Below are positions 12,201 to 22,628 of a DNA stretch of 64,000 bases, one piece after another. Position numbers and translations under genes: made by a program. Origin of the DNA: Dendrobates tinctorius (lineage: Eukaryota); contig NW_027361696.1 in the NCBI RefSeq assembly GCF_039654945.1, positions 47,616,001 through 47,680,000 on the forward strand, given 5' to 3'. Under the pieces are notes generated by a model. The model ran no database searches. It was not told the DNA's origin and worked only from the letters and a program-made list of their open reading frames with translations. Each line of letters opens with the position of its first letter. The first letter of the stretch is position 1.

Positions 12201-15200
12201 AGACCCCAATCGCCATGGTAAGCCATCAGTACCCCACAATTGAGATCACCTTTCCCCAACACACTCACATAGGGCACACAGACAACATTTTACAGACTTT
12301 TCATTTTAGCCCGGATAACTCCTTTAATGCTGACAAACTCCACTTAACCTTTTCTCGCCTGCTTATCTCCTCTCCCTATGGTGGTCTCCAGGTCGTACGT
12401 CTTCAGGATGCAAAGCCAAGAGGTGAGAGAGCGAGCCGGGAACCAGACCAGCGGCATTGATTTCTTCATCAGTCAGGAGAGGATCATCTTCCTGGACACT
12501 CAGGTAAGCGACGGACGGAGCATCGAAGGTGAAGTTGCCCGTTCTGCAAATAATAATAAAAATAATATTTTTTATTTTTCCAGCCCATGTTGAGTCCGGC
12601 CATACTGGACCATCTGATCAATAACGACCGGAAGCTTCCCCCAGAATACAATCTCCCCCACACCTACGTGGAGATGCAGGTGAGCGCAACTTCCAACCAG
12701 CACACGGCATACACTCCCTGACAGAAGTTATGTCACTTATCCATGTTATGTACATAAAAGCTTATAACCTGACGTTAAATTCATCCATTGGTTGTATAAA
12801 TTCTCTTGAAAGCTGAAACCCTCCGAAATGTGGTTTAGGTTAAGAAAATAAATTGGCATCAGTGCAGAAATATTGATCATTTAATGAACACAGAATGGTC
12901 AGATTTTGGCAAGACAAAAGTTTTGTCGCCTGCTCATATAATGCACCCAATCCTAGTTTACATCCTCACCTGTGTTCAGTAAATGATCGGTTAATTAGTG
13001 GGTGTGTCTAAAAAGAAACCCAGCACCCCAGACCTTCACTTGAGCTGCAACTTGAGCTCTGACAACATGCCAAAAATCCACCCTGCGACCAAAGCCTGGA
13101 TTATCAAGAGGCTGAAGACCAGATCCACTGCAGAGGTGGCTGGCATCTTTAATGTGTCTCAGGGTCAAGTACAAAGAATTAAAAAAGATTCGAAGAGACT
13201 GGATATGTGTTTGCCAAGCCCAGGTCTGGCAGACCCCGCAAGACAACTGCTCAGGAGGAACGTTTGTTGGTTAGAAAATCCAAAGCAAGCCCCTCTTCCA
13301 CTGCAGCAGAGCTCCAACATGTCACCTCAAGTCCCTGTGTCAACTAGAACAGTTTGTAGAATTCTGTCTTGAAATGGCCTCCATGGTCGAATCAGTGCCC
13401 ATAAGCCAGCACTAAACAAAAGGCAAATAAAAAACCGTGTGGCATTTGCAATGTCCCACAGCCTGCTAAACAGATGGACACTGGAAAAGTGGCAGAAGGT
13501 GGATTCCTCTGATGAGTCTTCAGTAGAATTACACCACGGCCGCCACAAATAGTGCAGGAGACCTACTGGAGCCTGTATGGATCCAAAATACAAGGTGGAA
13601 GGCAATATCAATAGCCTAAAATATCAAGAAGTATTAGCTCTTATATTCCAAATCACCAAAGGGGTCAAATTCTGCAGCAGGATAGTGCTCCATCTCATAC
13701 ATCCATCTCTACCACAAAGTTCCTCCAGGCAAAAAAGATCAAGGAAGCTTGGAAGACAAAACCAAAGAATCTAGATGAACTCTGGGAGGCATGTAAAGCC
13801 CCCGTTACACACTGCGATATCGCTAGCAATATCGCTGTAAAGTCACCGATTTTGTGACGTAGCAGCGATATTGCTAGCAATATCGCTGCATGTGATACTT
13901 ACCTCCGACCGGCTCCCCCGCTGATTATCGCTGATCGCGCGAGAAGCTCCTGGACCATTCCTCGTCGGCCACTTCCTGCTGGGCTTCCTGTGGCGCCGAC
14001 GAGCGACGTGTGGACGCAGGCGGGAGGACGTCAGGATCGCCTCGTCTGACAGGTAAGTAGCAATCCCTGTCCCCAGCGATGTTGCTGGTGAGATCTGCCT
14101 GTGTGGCAGCTCACTAGCGACCACCTAGCGATGTACCAGCGATCCTGACCGCGTCATATCACTAGTCGGGATCGCTGGTGCATCGCTAGGTGTAACGGTA
14201 CCCTAAGACTGCATTCTTTGCTATTCCTGATGACTTCATTAATACATTGTATGAATCATTGTTGAACCGCATGGATGCAGTCCTTCAAGCTCATGGAAGT
14301 CACACAAAATATTAAATGACTAATAGCACCACAACTTCATTCACCAATGTTATGTAACATATATTTGTATTTTAAGGTAATTATTTGTTTGAATATCACA
14401 TTACTTTCTGTGACCGACAAAACTTTTGTGTTGCCAAAATCTGACCATTCTGTATCCATTAAATGATCAATATTTCTACACTGATGCCAATTTATTTTCT
14501 TAACCTAAACCACATTTCGGAGGGTTTCAGCTTTCAAAAGAATAATTTATACAACCGATGGATGAATTTAACGTCAGGTTATAAGCTTTTATGTACATAA
14601 CATGGATAAGCGACATAACTTCTGTCAGGGAGTGTAGTAGCACTAGAAACCAGGTTTTGCAGAACCTGTGCTTATAGCTTATGGCCACCAGATGGCGCAT
14701 GGTGATTTTATGGCAGAGTACTTAGTACAGAATCACCATGTGCCATCTCGTGGACATAAGCTGTAAGTACACGTGTACAAGTTCTGCAAAGCTGAGGATT
14801 CATTTTCCCCCAAATGGAATATTTGTTGGTTTAAAAAAACACTTAAAAGTTGCTCTCCGTGGTAAATTCATTTTTTTTTTTTTCAGTCTTTACAAATAGC
14901 TGCCTTCCTGTTCACGGTGTGTCACGTAGTCATCGTTGTCCAGGACTGGTTCAGCGACTTTAACTTATACAGGTAAGAATTTAAAGGGGTCCAGTCATAC
15001 ACCACAGTACTGGGGGTGATAGATGTATTATCGCTGGGGTTGGGAGGGCTACTCCTGTCACAAGTTTCGCATCACCGTCGCTCCATTCACTGTCTATAGG
15101 ACTGATGGAGATCGCTGGGTTCGGTACTTGACAGTGAATCTATCGTTTTGTTTTTTTTTTTTTTCTCCATCTTTTGAGATCTCAGGCATGCGATGGATGC

Positions 15201-17823
15201 ACGTGTGATTTGATCGGTACAAGATGTAAAAAACCGAGCTGATCCAGTCCATGTGACCAGGACTGATTATTTTATTTTTCTCTTACCCCTAAAAGTAAGC
15301 AATAACATTTTCTTGTTATATCCGGGTATTTAGGTTTTTACAAACGGCCGAGATGTTAAAACCGTCCACCCCGTCTCCCAGCCATGAATCAAGCGGATCG
15401 TCTGGAGGCGATGATGGCATTGAATATTACCCGCACATAGGTAAGTCCTTGTATCTGGAGACATCGCCGGCTTTTAGTTTCTTAACTTTTGTCTCTTTAT
15501 TAACTTCTTAATGGCCAGACCTGAAAGATCCTTAATGGCAAGCTTTTCCCATAATAGCGTCCATGAAGTTGAGGAGGTGAATAAAGCCCCCGTCACACAC
15601 AGCGATCTCGCTGTGTGTGACACTTACCAGCGACCGGCCCCCCTGCCGGGTATCGCTGATCGTCCTGGAATGGCCAGGACATTTTTTTGATTGCTGGTCT
15701 CCCGCTGGCCCGCATGCATCTCTGCGTGTGGCAGAAGGGAGATCAGCGAGCTGGTGCTGGTAACTAAGGTACACATCGGGTTTCTAAGCGGCGCGCGGCG
15801 CTTAGAAACCAGATGTGTACCTTAGCTACCAGCTCTCTGGTGCAGGGAGCTGGTAACCAAGGTACACTTCGGGTTTCTAAGTGCCACACGCCGCTTAGAA
15901 ACCCGATGTGTACCTTGGTTACCAGTTCCCTGCACCAGCGCGCTGGTAACTAGGGTACACAGTGGGTAACTAAGCGACGTGCGTCGCTTGTTACCCACGT
16001 GTCGCTGGTGCTGATCGCTGGTGAAGCCGCCTGTTTGGCAGCTCACCAACGATCATGTAGCGACACACCAGCGATCCTGACAAGGTCATATAGTTGTCGG
16101 GATCGCTGGTGCGTCGCTATGTGTGACGGGGCCCTAAACCACCAGACCGACCAGCAAGACCACCTAGGAAAAGCCGCATTATCCTCAACCACTAGGAAAT
16201 CGATTATTATCCTTTTACCTGATTTCCATCTAACCTTCATTGATGTGTTTTTTTTTGTTTTGTTTTTTAAAGTGTTTCTACAGAATAAAGCCAAAAGAGA
16301 AGATTTCTGTCCCCGATCCTTGAAGCAGATGAACCTGGTGGTAGACAAGCTGATGCTCCACTCGCGGCTACGCTACAAAGGTAACGGACACCTTAAACTG
16401 ATACCAGAGACGGTGGATGTAGTCCTGCGCTGAGGCCAGAGGATGAAAATATGGAGAAAATAAATATTGTTTTGCTCTCCTGGCCAGATACGTGGCGAAA
16501 CAGCTCATCTGTAGAGTCGACTGTGTGCCCCGTAGCTCCCGTAGTTCAGCGCGATTAGGGGCAGACGTGGCACCCAGGCTGTGCCTGCAGGATGATGTGT
16601 GCCTAATGTCATCCTCCTTATAATTGCTCTCTTCTCTTTAAGGCACTGTCTCCATGTTGGACTGCAACATTTTTTCTGGATTATCCTATGATTTCCTGGA
16701 ATCGGAGGTGAATTTATTTTTAATACCAACCATGGAGAATGATACTGATGAGACAGTGTCCAAATCAGGTATGTTACTTCCCTCTCCCAGATATCATTCA
16801 CACTATTCTTGGTTTCTCACGCTCTCTTTCTCATGCTGTCACTTTTGATGCCTTTCATTATCTCAGTAGCTCCCTCCCTCTCCTTCTCTCTCTGGGCCCA
16901 CCCGCTTTCCCTCATGTGGTGCATATCATTCCCTCTCTTCCCCCTCGCTCACCTTTCCCTCTCCCCCCCCCCCCCGCTCACCTTTCCCTCTCTTTCCCCC
17001 TCGCTCGCCTTTCCCTCTCTTTCCCCCTCGCTCGCCTTTCCCTCTCTTTCCCCCTCGCTCGCCTTTCCCTCTCTTTCCCCCTCGCTCGCCCTTCCCCCTC
17101 GCTCGCCTTTCCCTCTCTTACCCTCCCTCACCTTCCATTCTCCAGGCGCCGCCATCTTTCCTCTCACAGAGCTCCTGGGCTCTCTCTGTCTCACACACTA
17201 CCTCATGCTGTCTGTCGCACACCCTCGCGCGCTCTTAGCAACCTCGCACTCGTCTTCATTTTCTGTTGCTCCCCTTCCCTCTATTCCATTTTCTCCCTCT
17301 CTCCTTTCGCTCCCTTTTCCCTCTTGCTCTGTCATTTTCTCTCCTTACTTACTCTGGTGCTGAATTAGTGATATTTTGTCTGTTTTGATACTAAAGCTTT
17401 ATGTATATTTCTATGTTCTTTAACAGGGTCAGGAGGAAATTCTGCGCTTCCTCCACTCCTGCCGGGTTACAAGGGGCACCCCAGCTTCCACACCATGATC
17501 AGTAAGCTTCGCAGCCAGATGATGTCCATGTCACGCCCGCAGCTGTCGCACACTATCCTGACCGAAAAGAACTGGTAAGGAGACCGCTGAGCAGCAGTTG
17601 TGCCCCCTAGAGACCGTGCAGGGACATATCATATATCTCAGGCTTTCTTTCTTATTAATGCCCATGAGCACTGTCAGCACCGGCCAAACGCAATGGGATT
17701 TTTTTTTTGTATTTTTCTTAGTTTTTAAATATTTTTCCTTTTAGGTTCCACTACGCCGCTCGTATCTGGGACGGGGTGAAGAAGTCATCAGCACTTTCTG
17801 AGTACAGCAGATTACTGGGCTAG
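4434..17823 (+). CDS. SMG9: Nonsense-mediated mRNA decay factor SMG9, 13 coding exons, 510 aa
   Basis: Coding exons, all GT-AG with consistent phase: 4434-4589, 4806-4880, 4978-5206, 5289-5386, 5587-5699, 12392-12503, 12584-12679, 14887-14972, 15334-15440, 16273-16380, 16643-16768, 17427-17574, 17745-17823 (1533 nt). Translation matches SMG9 as recalled: MSDSGHSQP..., MQKTPIILAKP, QRPTQPVYQIQNRGM, P-loop GSQGTGKS, FLDTQP, ...WFHYAARIWDGVKKSSALSEYSRLLG*. Confidence 0.97.
4806..4880 (+). CDS. SMG9: SMG9 exon 3
   Basis: ttcag|DGNEDNSAYTMQKTPIILAKPAAER|gtgagt. Confidence 0.93.
4978..5206 (+). CDS. SMG9: SMG9 exon 4
   Basis: ttttag|PKNATSATPALEKPIVLMK...QPVYQIQNRGM...VD|gtaagt. Confidence 0.93.
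5289..5386 (+). CDS. SMG9: SMG9 exon 5
   Basis: cacag|PVVGQAKLLPPQKMKHSIKLVDEYMNWCDSAIE|gtgcgg. Confidence 0.94.
5587..5699 (+). CDS. SMG9: SMG9 exon 6 (P-loop)
   Basis: ttgcag|FLLDQTDVLVVGILGSQGTGKSTMMSLLSANSPDDDQR|gtgagg. Confidence 0.95.
6151..6213. repeat. (ATT)n microsatellite
   Basis: About 21 ATT units. Confidence 0.95.
6894..8247 (-). mobile_element. Non-autonomous Helitron in SMG9 intron 6
   Basis: On -: 5' TC, 3' hairpin GCCCAGGCAACGCCGGGC + CTAA (degenerate CTAG), A|T target; same family as 40233-42105; carries a 41-bp minisatellite (about 7040-7547). Confidence 0.85.
8775..9700. repeat. 30-bp minisatellite
   Basis: GGATCTGGATGAGGGGGGCCATGCCTACCA, about 30 copies. Confidence 0.95.
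12392..12503 (+). CDS. SMG9: SMG9 exon 7
   Basis: ctccag|SYVFRMQSQEVRERAGNQTSGIDFFISQERIIFLDTQ|gtaagc. Confidence 0.95.
12584..12679 (+). CDS. SMG9: SMG9 exon 8
   Basis: ttccag|PMLSPAILDHLINNDRKLPPEYNLPHTYVEMQ|gtgagc. Confidence 0.95.
12712..14634 (+). mobile_element. Tc1-family DNA transposon (internally deleted) in SMG9 intron 8
   Basis: About 220-bp TIRs (CACTCCCTGACAGAAGTTATGTC...), TA TSD 12710-11/14635-36; transposase remnant from ATG 13067 (MPKIHPATKAWIIKRL..., WQKVDSSDES, ...NRMDAVLQAHGSHTKY*). Confidence 0.92.
13797..14203. mobile_element. PIF/Harbinger-type MITE nested in the Tc1 transposase
   Basis: TAA TSD (13794-96/14204-06), imperfect TIR ..CCGTTACAC; removing it restores the Tc1 frame WEACKTAFF. 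Confidence 0.88.
14887..14972 (+). CDS. SMG9: SMG9 exon 9
   Basis: tttcag|SLQIAAFLFTVCHVVIVVQDWFSDFNLYR|gtaaga. Confidence 0.95.
15334..15440 (+). CDS. SMG9: SMG9 exon 10
   Basis: tttag|FLQTAEMLKPSTPSPSHESSGSSGGDDGIEYYPHI|gtaagt. Confidence 0.95.
15585..16134. mobile_element. Harbinger-type MITE in SMG9 intron 10
   Basis: TIR AGCCCCCGTCACAC / GTGTGACGGGGCCC, TAA TSD. Confidence 0.85.
16273..16380 (+). CDS. SMG9: SMG9 exon 11
   Basis: ttaaag|VFLQNKAKREDFCPRSLKQMNLVVDKLMLHSRLRYK|gtaacg. Confidence 0.94.
16643..16768 (+). CDS. SMG9: SMG9 exon 12
   Basis: tttaag|GTVSMLDCNIFSGLSYDFLESEVNLFLIPTMENDTDETVSKS|gtatgt. Confidence 0.93.
16975..17115. repeat. 27-bp polypyrimidine repeat in SMG9 intron 12
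   Basis: CGCCTTTCCCTCTCTTTCCCCCTCGCT, about 4-5 copies. Confidence 0.85.
17427..17574 (+). CDS. SMG9: SMG9 exon 13
   Basis: taacag|...LLPGYKGHPSFHTMISKLRSQMMSMSRPQLSHTILTEKNW|gtaagg. Confidence 0.95.
17745..17823 (+). CDS. SMG9: SMG9 exon 14 (last coding exon)
   Basis: ttttag|FHYAARIWDGVKKSSALSEYSRLLG TAG. Confidence 0.95.
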
Positions 17824-18166
17824 TAAAGACTGGCGGAGCCTCGATGGGTGCAAACGTTTTGTGTGCTGCTCGACAGACAGGACATAAGGCCAGAAGTCAC
17901 AGTGTGAGGAGTCCAAGATGAGCAGGTGCCTAATTCCTACCAGCAAGACACTCGGAGGACTTAGAAGTTATGGCCATCATACCTGTCTGATCGAGGCAGC
18001 GTGACCGCAGATTACAGTGCAAGACAACTTGTCTTTACCGGTAAATTGCCTGCAATAGACGAATGCCAAGATATCATAATCTGTACTGATCACGAGACGT
18101 TGTAAATGCCTTCCAGAGCTGGCGGGGGCGCCACTGACTGAGTATATCCCAGCGATCATGGTGGAC

Positions 18167-18172
18167 AATAAA
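18167..18172 (+). terminator. Candidate SMG9 polyadenylation signal AATAAA
   Basis: First AATAAA seen, about 345 nt after the stop codon. Confidence 0.6.
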
Positions 18173-20010
18173 AATGCAACAACCTGAACAAGCGTTGTAT
18201 TTAACTTACAGAAATCGTCTCTGTTCTATACGGATGGCCACGGGATGGACTTTTTTTTTTCTGATGCTTGTGGAATTACCCTAAGACTGACAGCTACAGA
18301 ACCATACATTTCTACTCGAAAACAATTATGAAACTACAATTTCCAGCACGCCCCAATAAGCATCAAAGTATAGTATGCTGGTAGTTAGATCATCTACGTC
18401 TGTATAAAGCGTCACCTCTGTTGTCCTGATGCCAAGGTACACATTGGATACTATCCAAGCTGCATTCACCATTTTGCCGGACTCCCGTACACCTCTGCTG
18501 CCTTCAGTTGAAGGAGAACCGATTTACTTTGTCTCGATCTTGGGTTACAGCGTTCTCCCACAAAAGCTGCTGGCACAGGACTGCTAAATTTTGTCAATTC
18601 TACAGCTGCAGGTTCTTCACATAATCTGCCGTTCCAGTCACTAAGAAATCATGAGAATTGTAAATGCAGCTCTGGATGTGACTGGAGAAGACTTACAAGG
18701 CATTAATTATCCGGGGAAGAAGTCTGATATATCAATGTCACAAGCTACAGTATTTAATAGGTGGATGGCAGGACAAGCACAAATATGTCTGGGTCAGAGG
18801 TCCTTCCAGCCTTGGCTCATTCAACTGTTTTTTTTGAAGATCACCTTTCATTTTTAGGTGTGATCCCATCCTGAAGTGCAGCAGATTAGTGAGGGTCCTG
18901 GTTTTGAGACCCTCACTAATTGCTAGAAAAAAAAAAGCGTTTTTACAGGGTTATTCCCAAAAGAGTATAATGAAACACTTGCTGATCATTGGAGGTCTGA
19001 TCGCTGGGACCTCCAGCATTCACAGTGTTGGCAATCTGGAACCCTGAAAACGGGATCTACGGCCCCGTTCTGTAGTGCAATTGCTCATGCTCCTCATCTA
19101 TTCTATTCATTGTGTACGGGACTGCCAGATATAGCTGAGCGATGCAATCCCATAGACTGATTCGTGCAGCGCATACGCATTTCCACTGCAGAACGCCTGT
19201 TTTCTGGTTAACAGACCGTCAGCAAGCATCAAGTTATCCCCTATCCTGTTTTGAGAATAACCCTTTAACTTAATTTCCTTTTCTTTTTTTCAAACTAAAG
19301 ATTAAAGCTTCTTAAACGCAAGATTTTATTTCCCAACCCTGGATTAAGGATTTATAAAATGCATCAGATTCACTAGACTGTTTCATTCAGTAAGGCGTTT
19401 AGCTACAGCTGGAGAGCCACTTGGAGAACGGGACCTCCAGAACTCTAAATTCTAAAGGACCGCTTTAAAGGAACTTCTCACCAGAAGATTTTGGTTGCGA
19501 GGTGCCATGCACAAGCATCGGGTATTAGCAGGTAATTTGGAGCTGCATTATGATGTCTATGACCTTACTGTGCTATTTATCTTGCACCCAAAATTAATAA
19601 AAAGGCAAAAAACAAACAATCGTTCTGATAAAAACATTTATATTACATATGATTTTTTTTTTTTAATATTTCCAGTGACCGCATCGTAGTTGTACGTAGT
19701 TGTAAAATGATGCCCATAGAAGTCTTTGGCACATAATATAGCACCGTCTTAATGTGTTATGGAGTCACAGGAAACTTTGCCTCCTGGATCGTTGCATTAT
19801 GAAGATATTCTCATCTAAATCCTTGCTGCATGAAACAGAGACACCATATAACGGAATGTAAGATTGCTTTTTCATGTGTATGGTGGGTTTATAGATGATG
19901 TAACGGGAGATAAAGTTTTACATCCAGTTCTGAACTTTCACCAAAAGGATTCATACAACTTTTTTAGACACCACCAATGGTTAAAAGGTCACTTGGTGAA
20001 CATGCGAAAG

Positions 20011-21240
20011 TTAGTCAGAAGTCGCTAATGCCATCGTTACCACCCTTGTAGCATCTTCTGCCATAGCAGATAGGAAGCTGCTGAGTGTCCAGTAAGTCGT
20101 CCCAAAGGCGACCCCTCCACTTGCCAATGTGCCAATCTGCGGAACAAACTGATTTACACATGCTGTCACTATACGACCCATATCTGTCAGACCCTGACTC
20201 TTTAGATGATGGAAAACCAATTCATGAGTTATCTCCTCCAAAGCCATTGTGGTTCTGATCATTGATCTCAAATTTTCAAGATCTTTCCCAAAGGTATCCG
20301 ATAGCATTTTAAGGGACCTCGCGTCCAGGCCAAAAGCTTTCTTGTACTCTTCCAATATGTTGACCATGAGGGTGAGGTCACCATTGGCGGATAAATATGG
20401 AACACATGACATACTACTCGTCCCCAGCCTTTGTGACGTCGCAACGTTCATAGCGGAGATGATGGCCCATTTCCAGATTTGCGATAGAAAGGCCTTTTTC
20501 TTCTTCTCCACGGCCTGGTGGAAAAAATTGGGCTGAGACAGAAGAAATACATGTCTCTTGTGACTCTGAAGTTCGTCCTCTAGCGTTTTCTGGATCAAGT
20601 AGTAGTCATACTTTTCAGGTTCCAGACTGGAGATTAGAAACACTTGAGGGTTCTCGATACCTCCAGCTCGGAGACCATTTACACAGTCCTCGTGGATTTC
20701 CTTCAATAGATCTTCATCCTTGCAGTAGTTTGTCCTTCCTCGTCGACATCCTTTTAATACCGAGTCTATTTTGGATCTCAAAAAATAGAACTTCTTCCCC
20801 ATGGACTTGATGGCTTGTGCCAACAGGATGTGACATTCTCTGAAGCGTTCGGTTGTGATGATCAGAAAAAAATCATATTGGTGGAACTTCACCAATTGCA
20901 GATAATCCTTCGGTTTAAATACAGGACTTCCGATCCCGGGAAGGTCCCAGTATTTCACGTTTTTGTGATGGGGGTGTAAATAAGGTGATGGGACCGTGGT
21001 CGTCTCGACCACACCTGTCTTGGCAGAATCTTCTTCTTCATCGCCAAGGCCTCGGATTACATTGATAAAAGTTGACTTTCCAGATCCTGATTCTCCAGTT
21101 ACAGCAACATTCAATGTGACTTTGTCAATGTCTGCCAGGCATCTCTTCACACCTTCTACGGCTTCTGCAAGATCTCTATTTTCAAAGTAGTTCTTCATCT
21201 CCTGCAGTTCAGTTTCAGGAACTAAAAATTGGGAATCCAT
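20011..21240 (-). CDS. IRGC: Immunity-related GTPase (IRGC-like / interferon-inducible GTPase 5-like), copy 1, 409 aa
   Basis: Single coding exon. G1 GESGSGKS, switch I AKTGVVETT, G3 WDLPG, G4 RSKID, IRG C-terminal helices. Splice acceptor cccttag| at 21271-21270; in-frame stops upstream of the ATG. The symbol rests on family plus synteny, not a tree. Confidence 0.92.
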   Translation of the reverse strand: MDSQFLVPETELQEMKNYFENRDLAEAVEGVKRCLADIDKVTLNVAVTGESGSGKSTFINVIRGLGDEEEDSAKTGVVETTTVPSPYLHPHHKNVKYWDLPGIGSPVFKPKDYLQLVKFHQYDFFLIITTERFRECHILLAQAIKSMGKKFYFLRSKIDSVLKGCRRGRTNYCKDEDLLKEIHEDCVNGLRAGGIENPQVFLISSLEPEKYDYYLIQKTLEDELQSHKRHVFLLSQPNFFHQAVEKKKKAFLSQIWKWAIISAMNVATSQRLGTSSMSCVPYLSANGDLTLMVNILEEYKKAFGLDARSLKMLSDTFGKDLENLRSMIRTTMALEEITHELVFHHLKSQGLTDMGRIVTACVNQFVPQIGTLASGGVAFGTTYWTLSSFLSAMAEDATRVVTMALATSD

Positions 21241-21943
21241 ATGTTTTATCTTTCTTCAGTCTCAAGTGCCTAAGGGAAAAAAGATGACACGTTAAAAACC
21301 ATGGTGGGCAAAGTAAAGGCAAAAGTAAAAAATTTGCTTTGGGTTTGACCTTTTGAATCAAGCAATGTTGTCCTATAGCAGAAAATGTCCACTAATTGCT
21401 ATTTATTCTGGCCCTATACACATCCACACTTTGGCCAAGCATGCATGTGTTTTCAATAGGGTAAGACAAGTGAGCCGCTGCCGGCCACCTCTTTTAGGGG
21501 ATTATCTCTTCTGCTAAGAAAAGGATTGGACTTTGAAATGTATCATCTTTCTTTCCCGCCGACAACAACAACGTGGTGGCTTGTCCTAAGCCCTCATACA
21601 TATAAGATGACCGGTCCTTATGACATTTGTGTATGAATACATAGAAGCTGCAAAATTACTCCATTTGTTTTTAGTCACTGGATCATTTAAAAAAAAAAAA
21701 GGTACACATATCTGCACGCCCTTTGTCAATGAAACCTGCCAGTTTTATAAAAGGTGAGACTAGGATCACACGATGACTCTAGCAATTCTTTGACAAATTA
21801 CCCGATCAAAGACAGTAGCAACTAGTGATGAGCGAACATACTTGCCTCTCGATCGAGCATCAGGGTTCTGAGGTACGCATCGAGTATCGTGGGTGCTCAA
21901 GTGCCATGGCAGGCAATATCTGCATTTTTATTTACTGTCTTAA

Positions 21944-22549
21944 AGGGAATCTGTCACCCCATTTTTCGACTATCAGCTTCCGGCACCGCCATCAGGGGCT
22001 TATCTACAGCATTCTGTAATGCTGTAGATAAGCCCCCGATGTAACTTGGATGGTAAGAAAAAAAGAGTTAGATTATACTCACCCTGGCGTTTGGTCCGAT
22101 CCGATAGGTGTCGCCATCCCGTCCGGCTCCTCCTATCTCCATACGATGCTATCCTCCTCCTTGCTTCTCCCTCGGCTCCTGCGCAGGCGTACTTTATCTG
22201 CCCTGTTGAGGGCAGAGTAAAGTACTGCAGTGCGCAGGTGCCGGGACCTCTCTGACCTTTCCCGGCACCTGCGCACTGCAGTACTTTACTCTGCCCTCAA
22301 CAGGGCAGATAAAGTACGCCTGCACAGGAGCCGAGGTAGAAGCAAGGAGGAGGACTTCATCGCTAGAAGATGGGAGGCGCCGGACCGCGACACCCACCAC
22401 CTCCCGGTGATTATAATCTAACGTGTTTTTCTTATCTTTCCGGTTTCAATCGGGGGCTTGTCTACAGCATTTATTACAGAATGCTGTAGATAAGCCCCTG
22501 ATGGCGGTGGCAGCAGCTTATAGGCAGAAAATGGGGTGACAGATTCCTT
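21944..22549. mobile_element. T2/Kolobok-type palindromic MITE
   Basis: TTAA target, TIR AGGGAATCTGTCACC / GGTGACAGATTCCTT, long internal inverted repeats. Confidence 0.8.
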
Positions 22550-22628
22550 TTAGCAGCCAGAAAACATGCGTGGCAGGGACTCGAGCACCCTGATGCTCGA
22601 TCAAGCGCTGAGCATTCTCGCTCATCAC

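Noticed and set aside
13895-13904. ATACTTACCT = U1 snRNA 5' end (also at 37429)
   Set aside because: Following sequence is not U1; it is a reverse-strand splice-donor motif inside a MITE
16739-17368. 209-aa and 184-aa ORFs
   Set aside because: Low-complexity polypyrimidine intron sequence of SMG9
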